A stretch of 64,000 nucleotides of DNA, taken from NCBI RefSeq assembly GCF_018977255.1, contig NW_024704743.1, positions 68,946,001-69,010,000 on the forward strand. The letters are read 5' to 3'. The DNA comes from Callorhinchus milii. Lineage: Eukaryota. A program made the translations under genes and the position numbers. A model generated the notes under the pieces. That model saw only the letters and a list, made by a program, of their open reading frames with translations. It made no database searches and was not told where the DNA came from. Positions 12,258-27,045 of this stretch are shown one piece after another. How positions within the stretch are numbered: the first letter of the stretch is position 1; the number at the start of each line of letters is the position of its first letter.

Positions 12258-12717
12258 TTAAATTCATTGGCTGCATTGTAAATTTTAGTACAGGAACTGT
12301 TAGTATTCACTGCTGTGTTAAATCTACATTGGAAATGTGGTATGGCACGAAACGCACTAATATAGCCTTACTGCTGGAAGTACAATTTTTCATGAGGTAT
12401 TAAATTTTACTGATGCTATAAACAGAAGACCTAAATTTTCCAGCACTAAAATTTAGCCAAGAGAATAGACAATGGGCTTTAATATCCAATGATTTGTGAG
12501 AGGAGTTGGAAATAATGACTTTTGCTGGTAACCGGAGTCAATCTGGACTCCAGTGGTTGGAAATAGATTGAGTTGTAGCAGAGTTTCTCCAGGTCAGTGT
12601 GACATACTTCAGGTTACATTAAGGTGTCTCTCTTTGTGAATCAAACTTGTCGATGTTAGGAACTCCTGTTATGAATCACTGCACATTAAAACTTGAATGC
12701 TTGAATATCAAAACCTT

Positions 12718-13020
12718 AAATCACAAGAGAGGTTCAGATGAATAAGGCTGTTCCGCCTATTTTATCTCATCCATCCAGCACACCCACTCTCCTGTCCTCC
12801 CATTACAACATCAAGCTGGTTTTCAATTAAAAAAACAATTAAGGTCAGGATTCTGGTAACCTGTTATAGTCATTAATTACCCACTGGTTAAAGAAATACT
12901 TCCTGGCGTCTTTCCTAAAATTGCCCTTTGCAACTCTGAAACCTGTTGTCCTTTTGTTCTACTGTCTCACTGCATCCAAAAGTATTGTTCTCAGTTTATG
13001 TTCTCAATCTCAATGCCATT
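12718..13020 (-). mobile_element. Old CR1-type LINE 3' fragment
   Basis: Reverse-complement match to the CR1 ends at 15600-16020 and 46050-46600 (tcacaagagaggtt..gatgaa). Confidence 0.6.
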
Positions 13021-13367
13021 TAAAACCCAGCGATGTGCAGTGATTCACACCAGGAGTTCCTAATATCAATAAATTTGATTTGCAAACAGAAGCACCTGAA
13101 TGTAACCTGAAGTGCATCAGACTGACCCACAGGAGCTCGGCTCAGACTCAATCACATGCCGGCATAAACCAGTTGAGCCAAATGGCCTGTTTCTGTGTGT
13201 ATATTCTAATGTATTTGTATCACGCAGAGGGGATCTTGAGAAGGTACAATTATGATTCCATTCCTCCCTATTGAAAATATGCAAATGATATAACAAATAG
13301 GGAACATGACAATTATCATCACACGTATGACTCTGTTGATACATCTCTGTGTAGACAGCAGACTACA

Positions 13368-13769
13368 TTTATTCGACAAAGGACTGTCTAAGGAGGACAC
13401 CATTAATATTGTGGCATAACAAATTAGTTTTATTGACATTCTTATACAGCAGTATGATTGTACAGGAAGTGCAGCCTGAGTATCATGTGACTTTCAAAAA
13501 CAGCCAGAACAGCCAATTAATGTGTACTTGTCCGACAGTGAAATTCAATAAAATATTCCACCAATTCACGGTAGATTCTCTGTGAATTTGCAGCTGAATT
13601 TGAATACAATTCATGGCTCTCACACATTATTTGTGAAGATGTGCTAATGAGGTTACATTAGTTGCCTTTAACAATAAGTGGCCCTGCCAAGAAAAAAAAG
13701 GCTTTAATTGCATGAGATTGTCTATAATCCATTCATTTGGGAGGGGGGAGGGGGGAATGTTTATTTACA
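13368..13769 (-). promoter_or_regulatory. Candidate HECW1 3' UTR poly(A) signal cluster with a Pumilio-type element
   Basis: Minus-strand AATAAA at 13760-13765, 13429-13434 and 13368-13373; ATTAAA at 13703-13708; TGTAAATA at 13762-13769. Motif matches only; actual use is unknown. Confidence 0.4.
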
Positions 13770-13995
13770 AACTTAAAAAAAACAAAACAAGCAGGAAATA
13801 GTTACAACGGTTCAACATCAATTAATTTTCTTCCTTTCTCAGTCAGTTCAGAGATCAGGAAACACTGTCCATAATATTTGTTAATCAGGCATCCTCTTTG
13901 CACATGCACACTTTGTGCTTCTCATCTAGTAAAGATCAGGGATGCCTCTTGTTCACTGCTTTAATACAAGTCCTAATGAGAAGTGAGTGTCTCTT

Positions 13996-14139
<144 letters not shown>

Positions 14140-14519
14140 TCACTGCAGCTGTTAGCATATTATTAAATAAATAACACACTTCCAGAAGTAATAGAAGTTC
14201 ACTGATGAATATGACATACTTTCTTCATTGCAATAATACAGCATTTAATTTCCATACATTATTTAAAACTGTTCAGGAGAATTGTCACAGAGACTTTTAT
14301 AGTCACTCTCCACCTGTGTGAGTAACTTGTGTTAGTTACTGTCCATTTGTACCATTTACTTGTGCAGTTACTGTCTACCTGGCAGTGCTGTCAGTTTTAC
14401 TCAGCTGGTGAAACTCTCAACTAATGGAGCAAATGTTGTATATTTACAACCTCAGTCAACTCATTCTCTGGTTGGACACTCCAGTGCAGTACAGTGAAAG
14501 TGTTGTAACATCTTTTAGA

Positions 14520-14900
14520 TAATAATAATTCTGATATTTGGTATAGCTCCTTTCATATCAAGAAGTTGTCTCAAAATGTTTCAGAAGATTTACTGTAAAG
14601 TGTAGTGATTTTGCATTTTGTAGGCAAATGCGACAGCCAATGTGCACCCAGCAATATCCTGCAAATAGCCATGAAGTGAATACTGATTTTATCTGAGGGA
14701 TTGTTGGACAGGACATTGGGAGAAATACCCTCCTATTTTCAAATAGAGCTATGAAATATTTAATGTCCACCTGAACAAGGGTCCTCAGTTTTACATCTCA
14801 ACCGAATGATAGGATCTCCAACAATGCAACACACTCCATCATTGCATTGGAGTGTCAGCTCAGACTATGTGAGTTCAAACTCTTGATGTGGAACTTGAAT
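14520..14900 (-). mobile_element. Old Deu-domain SINE
   Basis: gtccacctgaacaag..ctccaacaatgcaacac..ttgcattggagtgtcagc plus an L2-type tail. Confidence 0.65.
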
Positions 14901-15124
14901 CAATAACCATTTCACTCATAAACTAGTATGTTGCCACAATGATATCTAATGACAAATGAGATGATAAATGAAATTCTTGTCTTCCTGTTCAGGTAGATAT
15001 TAAAGGTTTCCTAACACTAATCAAAAAGTGAACCTGCCAAGGGGGAAGTTGAAAGAGATCCAGGGGATTAATTGACTCATCACTCACCATGTTAACAGGG
15101 CTATATTACTAAATCACCTGTGTT

Positions 15125-16020
15125 CAGATCACCTAGAAGTCATGATCAAGTTGTACAGTGCCCTGGTCAGTTCTGGTTGCTCTGACATAAGGAGGTGATA
15201 GATGAATGGTGGAATTTGTGGAGTCCTATAGCTCAGTGATTAGAGCACTCGCCTTGCAAGTGAGAGACCTGGGTTTGATTTCTGGCAGGGCAAAATGTTG
15301 GGCAAGTTTCCTTACTCCACATGCCTCTGTTTACCTAGCAGGAAGTAGGAACTTGGTTGTTAGTCAATTGGCTGATCGTTTTTCTGGTAATAATAATCCT
15401 TAAAACAAAAACCCAATACTAATTTGGTCACTCAATCCATGACTGTTTGTGGAACACTGCTGTGCGCAATTGGCTGCCGCATTTTGCCCACAAAATATAC
15501 AGGCAATTAACTTTACAGTATATTCTGTGAAGGGCTTTGAGATATCTAGAAGATGTGAAAAGCACTATATCAAATGCAAGTATTATTATTATAGGTGCAG
15601 CACAGATGAGAGCAACAACGATGTTTACCAGTGTTAGAGTAAAGAGCTTTGAACAACAATTACACAAGCTAGGGCTCTTCATTCTTAAAAGGAGATGCCT
15701 CACAGTAGAATCTTTGAGAATTGTACAGAATATTAAATGGATTTGAGAAAGTAAACCCAGAATAATATGTTCAGATATACTGAGGTAGCAGAACTGGAAG
15801 GCACATGTAAAGGGCAATTTCAGGTCAGAAATCAGGAAGTATTTATTTTCCCAGAGGGTAATTAACAACTAAACATGTTACCAGCAAGGGTGTTTGTAGC
15901 CATTACTCTGGACTCATTTAAGAAACAACTTGATACTCTAATAGCGGACAGTAGATTGGCATTCCAGATACGATCAAATGGGCTGAAAGCCTTCTTTGTC
16001 CAAACCTCTCTCGTGATCAT
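15125..16020 (+). mobile_element. Old CR1 LINE 3' fragment interrupted by a SINE
   Basis: Degenerate CR1 ORF2 end (KLYSALV..; RATTM..; LHKLGLF; F.QRVIN..LPARV..LDSFKKQLD) on both sides of the SINE. Confidence 0.72.
15218..15592 (+). mobile_element. Full-length tRNA-derived SINE (long form with central insert)
   Basis: Head, internal ctctgtttacctagcaggaagtaggaac..gatcg segment and family tail. Confidence 0.9.
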
Positions 16021-17647
16021 GTGCTCTGAGAAGAGAGTTTTTCCTGGAATCCTGGAAAGTGATTCTCCAGATTAATGGTTCAGGGCTGGTTGTCGGAATT
16101 TGCTGGCACAAATAGATACAGGATCTGCCTGCAAAAAGGGTCACTACACTTGACAGTAATTAGGGACTTCTGCAACCTCAGAGTTATAATCTGAGCTTTC
16201 TTCTGGTGAAAAGCTGATTTTAGGCAGATCATCAGTGGCTTAGTGGTGCTCCTCCCCTAGGAGATTGCAGTTATGGATAGTTTGTGGTCAGATTGGGCAT
16301 TGGCCAGTCCTGCTGATCGCTGTTCATCCAAAATAGTACATTCCTCTGTATTAAAAGTCTTGTATGATTTCTTAGCCAGAAGCCTCGTCTGTTTAATATT
16401 ACTTTCTGCTTTTCATTACTAAGTTTCATATCAAAGCGGCCAGCACATTTGCCATTAATTTCTGTGCCTTAACCTCCTTTTAACGCTATAGATGTAAAAT
16501 GCCTTTAGAAAATACCGATAAATTATATCAACCACATAGCACTTGTCCACTAAGTTTTAAAAGAATCCCAGTAGATTTGTAAGAAATATTAGGTTTTAAA
16601 TCAATGCTGACTACTCCTTATGGCCTCTGCACTCTGTAAATGAATATTGTCCCATAAAATATTTTCTTCACTCAGTGATGTTGGAATAACTGGTCAATGA
16701 TTTCCTGATTCATGTATCAAGCCTTTTTTTAAAATGTTGGGCAATCCTGTAGTTCCCAGGTACAGATCTGACATCTATGGAGCTCTTAAAAAAATTCAAA
16801 AAGAATTCCGTCTATTTCCGCACACTTCCTCCAGTATTTTACAGTGCAATGCACCTGAATGCCCTAAGCCATATTTAACTCTTCTAGTTTCTTTATTGCA
16901 CATGTGGTACTGACCTCTACATATGTTATGCATTCCAAAGTCAGTTTGCCCAGATCTTAAATCTTTCCACAGTCTTCACTTGTGAAGGATTTACTGAACA
17001 CATCTGTCTTTCCCAACCCCCATCATATGTATATCTAATTTAACCCCTGAAGTGTCTATCTGGTCAAAAACATTGTCTTTTGCTCTTTCTTTCGGTCCCT
17101 CTTTCTGTTATCTGTGCTGCTCACCAAGAAGCTCACAGTGGGTAACTGGTACTTGGACCTATGCTTGTTAGATGTTAAATGACCAACTAATGACTATGCT
17201 CCTGCATTGGGGGTGGGGGGGAGGTAAATAAGGGCTCCTTGAAGGTGAACTGGCTTCATGGTGAGATGCTTGGAAACAGAAAGTCAGAATTGAGTCAACC
17301 CGCTGTGGTATTCTCAGTAGTCTGGTTCCTGAGCCAGGTGGGTCCATAGTACTCCAAGGCTACTGCTGGTGAGAGATCAGCCAGCCTGGCTGCTCAACAT
17401 GCCTAGGAGAGCTAGATTGGTTGGTCACTTGGAGTGGGGATTCTTCCATGTAGCTCCTGTTAACTCTACAAGCCAAGGTCCTAATTGATAGGGAGGTTCT
17501 AGCTGGACAAACAGTGGAAAACTTGCTCGACAGTGCTTTCAAAGGCAAGATATGTGATGTTAGCTGGGTAAACTCCAGCAATACCCCAATGCACGTTCTA
17601 GTGTCTTCAATCCTTGGCCCTTGCCGATCTGCCTCTATTATAATAGT

Positions 17648-17961
17648 AAATAATAATAATCCTTGCATTTGATATAGCACTTTTCACATCTTTTAGATGT
17701 TTCAAAGTGCTTCACAGAATATATCATAAAGTGAATTGACTATATAGTTGTGGGCAAAACGTGGCAGCCAATTGCGCACAGCAGTGACCCACAAAGAGTC
17801 GTGGATTGAAGTGACCAATTTTATTGTTGCTTTTTTTTCTTGAGGGATTATTTTCAAGCCTGTGGAGTAAGAAAACTTGGCCAAGGTTTCACATGCTGGG
17901 AATTGAACCCAGGTCTCTTGCTTGCAAGGCGAGCGCTCTAGCCACTGAGTTACAGGACTCC
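17648..17961 (-). mobile_element. Full-length tRNA-derived SINE (short form) nested in a family X copy (about 17290-18175)
   Basis: Family motifs; family X sequence resumes at about 18045. Confidence 0.9.
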
Positions 17962-18178
17962 TGTATTGTATTTCAATATGATACAACACAAAATCACATT
18001 TGTAAAGCGCCTTTCACGTTGGAAGGACGTCTCAAGGCATGGGTTAAGATAATACTCTCCTGGATTAAGTAAACAAGATGTGTCCCTACATGGAGAGAAT
18101 TCATTTTCCATTCTAGACCCACTTTTCATGTGTCTGTGGCTTTCATGTGTGGAACTCTGTCTGGTTTGGATATTCTTA

Positions 18179-18522
18179 TCATAGAATCATAGAATCGTAC
18201 AGCACAAAAAGAGGCCATTCGGCCCATCGAGTTTGTGCCGGCTCTTTGAATACAGCAATTAATGTCAATCCCACTTCCCAGCCCTTTCCCCATAACCCTG
18301 CAAACCCATCCTCCTCAAATACCCATCCACCGCGTTTTTAAAAATAGTTATCGAATCGGCCTCAACCACCCTTTCAGGCAATGCGTTCCAGATTCGAACA
18401 ACTCGCTGTGTGAAAAAAATTCTTCTCACCTCCCCTCTGCTTCTTTTAGATACTATTTTGAATCTGTGACCTCGAGTCACCGACACACCCACCAGTGGAA
18501 ACAGTTTTTCCCTTTCCAACAT
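18179..18522 (-). mobile_element. Young CR1-clade LINE 3' end
   Basis: ORF 18265..18522 reads LFPLVGVSVTRGHRFKI..FFTQRVVRIWNALPERVVEA..FKN; terminal (ATTCTATG)n repeat typical of CR1. Confidence 0.92.
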
Positions 18523-21151
18523 ATCAAGGTGGAATCATGTTTAATGCATTGACTCTAATCCACAGGTTTGGTGGTATGAAGAGAAAATCACCTTATCAGA
18601 CTTTCACTATGTCCTACTTATTCATCCCATCCCATTATCTCTACCCACACAATAGTATTTACTGCACTGGGCTTTTCCTCTCTTTTCCTCTCAGGCTTCC
18701 TTTCTTTTTGATGCCTCTCTATAGATTTTTTTGTGTATAGCTTACTTCGACTGCCAACTCCCAGACCTGTTGACACACATTCAAATAGTTATTGAACCCT
18801 GCGGATTTTTAAAAAATTGTAATTGCTTCATTCTTTCACCTGAAAAAAGCTCTTTTCAGCCTTTAAAATACACACCTCTATCCTTTCACACATCCCCTGA
18901 AAAAACTATCTTGTGCAACAATTCGTGTTGAATGTTGTAAAAGTGAACTAGAGGAATAGATACGACCAAAGTATTCAAATTTCTTGTAATCTTGATTAAA
19001 ACAACAAAACAAAAACAGTATTTTGAGGGTTTGATTTAAATATAAAAATGCTACTGCAGCTCTCAAAGGAGCGTTTAAAACAAAGTCCTTCTCTGATGTT
19101 GCTATCAGTGCATTAATGAAATATTTATCATTTGTTGTCCAGCCTATTGAGACATTCTTATACATAAAATACACTATAGAAATCCAAGTGGTTGATATTA
19201 AAGTTAATAGCTGTGGAAGTGCAGTATTCAACATACAGTCCCGACTTGTACAATTTAGTTTATTATACACTATGATCCCGAGCTGCTTGTGGGGTCCAGC
19301 TCTTCAAGCTCCATTTCTTTATCGTTTGCATTTTCTCAATTTGCTATGCTGTGCAAACCCAAATAAGAAGCTGTCAACTCTCAGTAATCTATTCCCTCTT
19401 GTCTTAATCCCTGTGCAACCAACAATGGAGATTAACAAACACACTAGGCACTGAAATGCAAACTTGAGGACGGCTTTATATTTTGCTTTACAATGACAAA
19501 CAAAACTAAAATCCCTCTTTGGGGCTTTGCTTTTAACTGGAGGGGAGGTGGGGGTGGGAGAGATTTATTTCAACACATTTCCTTTGTTAAAGGATGATTC
19601 TGAGGCATTTGTGAGCAGTACTTGAATCTGATGGTTTAATGAAGATTTGGGATGCAATTAATTCATCAACATTTCGAGTGCAATCTTACATTGAGAACCC
19701 CAGGTAAAGAGTGTAAATCTATACTGTCTGAATCATTAAGCTTGAAACAAAAAGAAAAGGAAGATACGTGTAGCGCTTTTCAGACGTTCTCCCGACATGA
19801 AAGGCACTATATAAATGATAATGCATAAATTGAGGTTAGATAATGTAAACCATTGGTTTTAAAAGTCTGTAAAGTATAGGATCAAGGAAAAACAGAAGAA
19901 GGTAAGCAGTTTAAATTCTTCAGATCCTAGGAATCAAAGGTGGAGACAGTGTAGTGAGTGTTGATTTTAGCACTGTAAGGTTACAGGGGATAGAAGAAGG
20001 TGTAAATAGGATATTTGGAACTTGGGAGGAACAAGAAAAGGGTTTCTCAAATGATTAATGCCCACAATAATATTGATAATATAGACAAAGACAAGAAGAG
20101 ATGGATAAGGAGAATACCCGGGTCCTAATTTCCACTGTGAGGCTCCATATAAGGCCCAGTAAAGCTATTTCCCAGTGAGTCACAAAAAAGGTTCCAGATT
20201 CAAATCATGTCTTGCTAAGTTTCCTGATCTCAACAACATCAACAAATTACATTTATATTTCAGTCAAAACAACAGTGAGGTATAAGGTTTTCAGCACCCT
20301 TGGTTGGGGTGAGGGAGAAGTGGAGAAGTTACACCGAGTTCCCATTTGCCATTCAGTGGCTTCTGTAGACAGTATTCATGTGTGGACTTTGTAAGGATTG
20401 TACCTAGTTATATCCCTCTATAGCTGGCTCTCACAACCCAATCTTACACATGAAGAATGAGCATTCAGATGAGCTATAAGAGTTTCTGTTTTTAACTGTA
20501 GGGGGGTAGAAAATATCATCCACCCCCAAAAAATATTTGCTTCCTTGCCTTGTTTAAATCAGTATTTATGTAGTCATTGGGTTTTCTGATAAACTGCTAC
20601 AAAAGTAAATTCTTGGTGTCCTGATGTTTAAAGTGAACATGGTTTAATAAGCTTAAAATATCTGTATGTTTGCATATTGTGTGATTCAAATGTTCCTTCT
20701 CTCTTTATTAAGACATCTAATATTAAAACTCCTGTGACTATAACCAGGATATTAGAGTGGCACAAATCATAATTCTGTCTTGGAAAAGATTGGGGAACTG
20801 ACATTTGTCCTGTTGAATTTGTGTGTCTCACCAGAGGAATAGGCAGCAATGGTAACAATCTAGCTCACCACTATGAAGCGCTGGTGAATTTCATGGGTCT
20901 TGTCCAGTTATTACTGCTTTACCCATTTTGGCTTGTAGGGGCAGAGACATGTACATCTCCATCAATAATGGATTGGATTACTGCAGGCTTCCTGTGTCCT
21001 CAGAGCCAGGTCAACCCAGGGAGAACCTGCTTATCTTCAGCCAAGATCATCGGCTCTTTTAGCTCAGTTCTAAACTACATCAGGGATCATTGCTGCATTG
21101 TTGAAGGAACATTTGTTCACTTATTTCTAGCTCTCCATGACAAATACATTA

Positions 21152-21304
<153 letters not shown>

Positions 21305-21938
21305 TTAAGCAAATGTACATCAACAACAAACAACAAATTGCATTTCATGTCAGGAGGACATCCCAAGGTAAATAGGTTAGGAAGGTAATGTGGGGTTCCA
21401 ATGGGTAGAATCTACTTAAAAGGGTGGATCTGTCATTAATTTAAATGTGTATAGAAAGGTACTGAAATGTATCTCTGGTCTGATGAAAAAGGAAAGGCAC
21501 AAATACTGGAAATCTATACATTTCAGGCATTTTATGTTTTCAAGGGCCAATTGGCATCTAACGGAGAACAACAGATTAACATTTTGGGTCCTCAAAGGTC
21601 ACACCCAAAACATTAACCTATACTTTTATTTCAGGATCTGTCAGACTTAATGTTTATTTCCACCATTTTCCAATTTAGTTGTCAATTTACTTTACAATAT
21701 ATTCTGTGAAGCGTTTTGGGATGTCATAAGGCTATATCAAATACAAGAATTATTATTATTATATTGCTGTGTTGTATCATTTTGGGCTAGAATTGTGGAA
21801 ACCAAGAGCTGAACTTTGGTCACAATTTCCACTGATCCATTCAATTTATAGCTAGAAAATATTTTCATCAGAAGAACATTTCAGCTATGATCTATGATAA
21901 AATGTTACACTGCTATAACACTGTGCACTGTAATGTTA

Positions 21939-22103
<165 letters not shown>

Positions 22104-23370
22104 CTAAAGACAGATCTACCGAAGGAAGTTTCTGGGAAATTGGACCAATGGTCTAATCCTGTCCAAAATTTCTTTACCTGAATGTCACTAACAGATTCTC
22201 CACAATGACACCTCTTCAGAGGGACGTTAAAGATCCTACGGCACTATTCAAAAATAGAAGAGAATTTTCCCAATGTCCTGGCCAACTCTCAGATAAAATT
22301 GGTCATTGACTTCAAGGCTGTTTGTGGGACTTTTCTGTGCGCAAATTGGGAGGAGCTGACCATAGGCGTGGTTGAACAGCTAAGTATTAACTTGGGATTT
22401 AAACATAGGGGGCGAGGCTGAGGGATTGAGGCAAGATATTCTAGAAGTTAGGCACCTTGCAGCTGAATATACATTCAGGGCTGAATGTATCATAGTTATA
22501 ACATCATATTTATAACAACTGTTGTGCACAATTGGCTGCCGTGTTTCGCCCACAAATATATAGTCAATTGACTTTACAGTATATTATGTGAAGTGCTTTG
22601 AGATGTCTATAAGATATGGTAAGGTGCTATATCAAACGAAAGGATTAATATTATTCTGTCATTTTGCATCTCCATACCATTCCAAAAATACATGATATTT
22701 ACAAATATTAGTTTCTATTCATACTTCATACAGTGGTGGCAAAATATATGACCAGTTTAATAGTGTCTAGTGAGAGTTGTATCTTTGATTTACAGAGTTC
22801 TTCAATGTGGCCACCTACTTCCTGAAACAAGTTACACTTTCCACTTACAACCTTTTCAACCTATATTTACTTTTAGCCAGAAATATAAAGTGGTCACATT
22901 GGCCATGAATCTCCTCCCAAGCCCTAGTCCACCAGTCCTGGTATAGTTCTGACCAACCCCCTTTAGGAAGATTCACGTATAAACTATACTAAGGAGTTGT
23001 GTGACTATCAATTCAATTTATGTTTTTGTGCAGACAGAAGAACAGGAACATTGCTACACTCTCTTCCCAGTCAGCAGAATAGGAACAAGAAGTATAGAAG
23101 CAAATCTTCTATAAAAACTTTTGCTTACATTAGCAATAGTCAATCCTCAAAACTCTTTTGCTTTTTAATCTGTTACTATAAGCGCACTGTCCCGAGAAGG
23201 AATTCAAATTCAGCATTTAAACTTTAAAGCACCTTAGATTTATATCTTGAATTTTGTTAAGCCTGAAGTGTACACTACAAAACTGCTTGAATTGGTGAGC
23301 AGTGAAATCAAATACCAGAGCTGAATACAGTGTTAATCACTGCCCACTGACAACTGACAGAACAGAGTCA

Positions 23371-23547
<177 letters not shown>

Positions 23548-24189
23548 TTATTTACAGAATGTTTTTCAACTCTGTTAGAAATATCCTTTTGATACAAGTC
23601 CCACATAGGTGGACCCTGTAAAATTACAGATAGAGACAACTCAGTGAAGTGTAAAATGTGACCGATTATGTTAATGCAGTAAAAGTGACCTCAGAGGCAC
23701 AGAACTTTGTTTGAACAATAAATTGTATTGAAACTGGTAAAGGCTACAGTTTCCCTTTCTATTTCTGCAAGTTATTTTTTATTTCCTTTCTGCTCGGTTA
23801 AACCTGCATCTCCTCCAAGTCCTTTCTTAATCCTATTCTTAATGTAGCCATTAAAGATATGCGAAAGGAACTGCAGCTGATGTTTTCTCCAATGTTAATT
23901 GTTCTCCCTGTGGGGAATCATCTGCTTTCTGTTCAGTACTTTTCTAAGACAGCTATACCATTGTGAGTTATGAACTTCAATTTTTTTGATAAATGACTCA
24001 GCATTAAACAAAAGAAAAATAGTAATAAAGTAGAAAATTATAGGATATAATGCAAACCCACAGGCAACTGGCTTCTCTGAACATCACTTCAAACGCTAAG
24101 TTAGCTATTTGTTGTGATAAATAGTTTAATGTCAAAGAATGCTGCAAAAATAAACTTTACTGTTCATTCAGACTTACAAACTGGGGTTA

Positions 24190-24540
24190 TATTTTTATAA
24201 ATGATCTAGAACTAGGAGTCACAAATACAGTGGCTAAGCTTGCAGATGATACAAAGCTAATGAAAGTGGTAGATTTCAAAGCTGAAGAAGATAGGTTACA
24301 AGAAGATTTGAACATATTTGGGAATTGGGCAGACTGGTGGCAGATGAAATTCAATGTGGAGAAATGTAAATTACTTCACATGGGGACAAAAAATTCAAGA
24401 AGGCACTATTATTTGAATAGAAGGAAAATAATATGTATGGAAAATGAAAGGACCTTGGGGTCCTGATTGACAATAAATTGAAGCTCTCACAACAATGTTC
24501 TGTGGCAGTGAGTAAAACAAACCAGATGTTGATTTGCTTT
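24190..24540 (+). mobile_element. CR1 LINE reverse transcriptase fragment
   Basis: FINDLE..AKLADDTKL..LQEDL..WADWWQMKFNVEKCKLLHMG. Confidence 0.88.
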
Positions 24541-25203
24541 ATTCAGCAAACTCAGAATCACGGAATCTCCTGTGATTCATGTCCTTTAAAAGATCAATGT
24601 AGATTTAATGCCAGTACAATTATGATTGCTGTATTGCAAACCCTTAATATTATTCAGTTAAATTTTGGCTTTCAAACGTATTTCCGAAGTTTTTGATGCT
24701 TTGTACACCCACTTTTGGTCTCTGTGGGCCAAAAGCCATGCCCTGACTGAGAGAATAACCTGGCAAGTGACTTCTCCCAAGCCTGTGGCAATGCTGAACT
24801 GCAACACTGGCTGCTGGAAGAAGCCTGAGAATGGTTTGTGGTAATCTGCCCTCAGATTTGTCCTTCATCTAATTGAAGAACCTTGAAACCATAATAGTTA
24901 AGACTCTGTTTTCTCACCAGGTTAAGTTACAGTTTGGTTGTAAAATGCTGTGAAACATGACTGTATGTCAACAGCGCTATATGAATAAAATTTGTTGTTG
25001 TTTGGGTACATTGGGTGCAGTATGTGTATGTATAAGTCATTTAATGCTTTACAAACAGGCCACTTCACGACCAGATCACTAAGCATGCTGTCATTCCATT
25101 TTAAGGATGCATTTGGATTACGGCCGTCCAGCCCTTCAGTTAAACCTGTTATAAACCTATTCAATCTAGTTAAATAGGAGTCCGTGGTCTATTCCTCCTA
25201 CAC

Positions 25204-25403
25204 CAGTTGTGGCCATCCTTTACGGTCAGCCAAAAAAATAATTTTTCTTGATTAAATATTTCTTGATTCAATCCATAAATCAAGAAATATTCAATCAAGA
25301 AAAAATTGAAATCACATTACTGACCGAACACGGACTTACCTAAACTCATGCAAATGTTCAGGGGGCCACTTCTGGCCCGCAGGCCACAGATTGGCCACCA
25401 CTG
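25204..25403. mobile_element. hAT-type MITE
   Basis: TIR-like ends CAGTTGTGGCCA...TGGCCACCACTG; same family as 34076-34293; degenerate flanks tcctacac/tgttacat. Confidence 0.7.
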
Positions 25404-25717
25404 TGTTACATGTTTGAAGAGGAGGATTATTGAAGGGAAATGGAAGTGAGTGGGAGAGTGAGTTAGATTATGTGGTTTACGTGGAAAAGAAATCTGCACA
25501 AGCATGGAGAGTGAATGGTCCATTCCTGCGCTGGAGCACTCTACCATTCTCGTGGAAGGAATTGTGTATGGGTGCAGGCATGATTTAAAACTCGCAATGG
25601 AGAATGTGGATGAAAAAGCAATCAAATTGAAATAAATAACAATTTAAAGAAAATTCTCAACCAAGGAAGAGAGAGAGGCTTAGATAACCAACTGGAGCTG
25701 CATTTTTTCAAGTTTCA

Positions 25718-25921
<204 letters not shown>

Positions 25922-26666
25922 CTACCGGAATGAAAAATGTCATTTAATAAAAATAGTTAGCGGTGCGCACTCTGGCAAAACCATTGATAGATTAATGACT
26001 AAACTTTTCTCCTATGTCAAAGAGTCTGCCGTTTTTGAAGGTTTCAGATTGCAGCAGCCCTGATGGTGTCGTGACTACAGCTTATGGACCATCAGACTTT
26101 TGAACAGTTTCTGGTTTGGAATCTGGTCTGTGCTGAGTTTGCTAGTCTTGGCTAGGGCTGCATGGAGAGGTTAAATTGGCCCTGGTCTTTCCAGTGTTAG
26201 GGAGGGGAAAACCAGCGAGGGGTCCTGCTCCTGTTCTCTTTTCAGTATCCTCAATTTTACCTGTTTGGGGCAGCCTTTTGGGGAGAAGCCAGGCTCGGCT
26301 GGGTTGTTCTCTACATGCATACAGTTGAATGGTCTGCCGATATTCACACATGGGTAATTGCCTCTTGCGCAGGGGACCAGTGGGCCACCTGCATCTGTGA
26401 AACCACCAGGACCTATTGCCATATGTCATTTATTAAATGACATATGGCAGTAGGGAGAATATTAGAAAATAATTAGACACACTAAATTTCTGAAGAAAAA
26501 GAAATAAAATGATCCAGATTGCTGAGAGCATTGTGAAATATCTTAAATCTTCATAATAATAATAACTCTTGCATTTGTTAGAGTGAACTGCCTTTTGGTT
26601 GGTGGTTTACAAAGTGCATCAGCAGTAGATTCAGTTGACAGTATCTGGCGAGCCCATCTGGTGTTT

Positions 26667-27045
26667 GTGGAGTCCCATAGCTCAGTGGTTAGAGCGTTGC
26701 AAGCGAGAGGACTTGGGATTTGATTCCCAGGCAGTGCGAAATCTTAGGCAAGTTTCCTTAGTCCACACGCCTATGTTTATCTAGCAGTAAGTAGGAACCC
26801 AGTTGTTAAGTCAATTGGCGGATCACATTCCGGGGATAATAATCCCTCAACGAAAAACTACACCCCCCACCAAAATGTGGTCACTCAATCCAGGACTGTT
26901 TGTGGGACACTGCTGTGCATGATTGGCTGCCGCGCTTTGTCCACAAAATACAAAGTCAATCCACTTTACAATATATTTTGTGAAGCGATTTGAGATGTCG
27001 CAACTATGTGATAAGGTGCTATATCAAATGCAAGGATTATTATTA
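26667..27045 (+). mobile_element. Full-length tRNA-derived SINE (long form)
   Basis: Head, central insert (ctagcagtaagtaggaaccc) and family tail. Confidence 0.88.
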
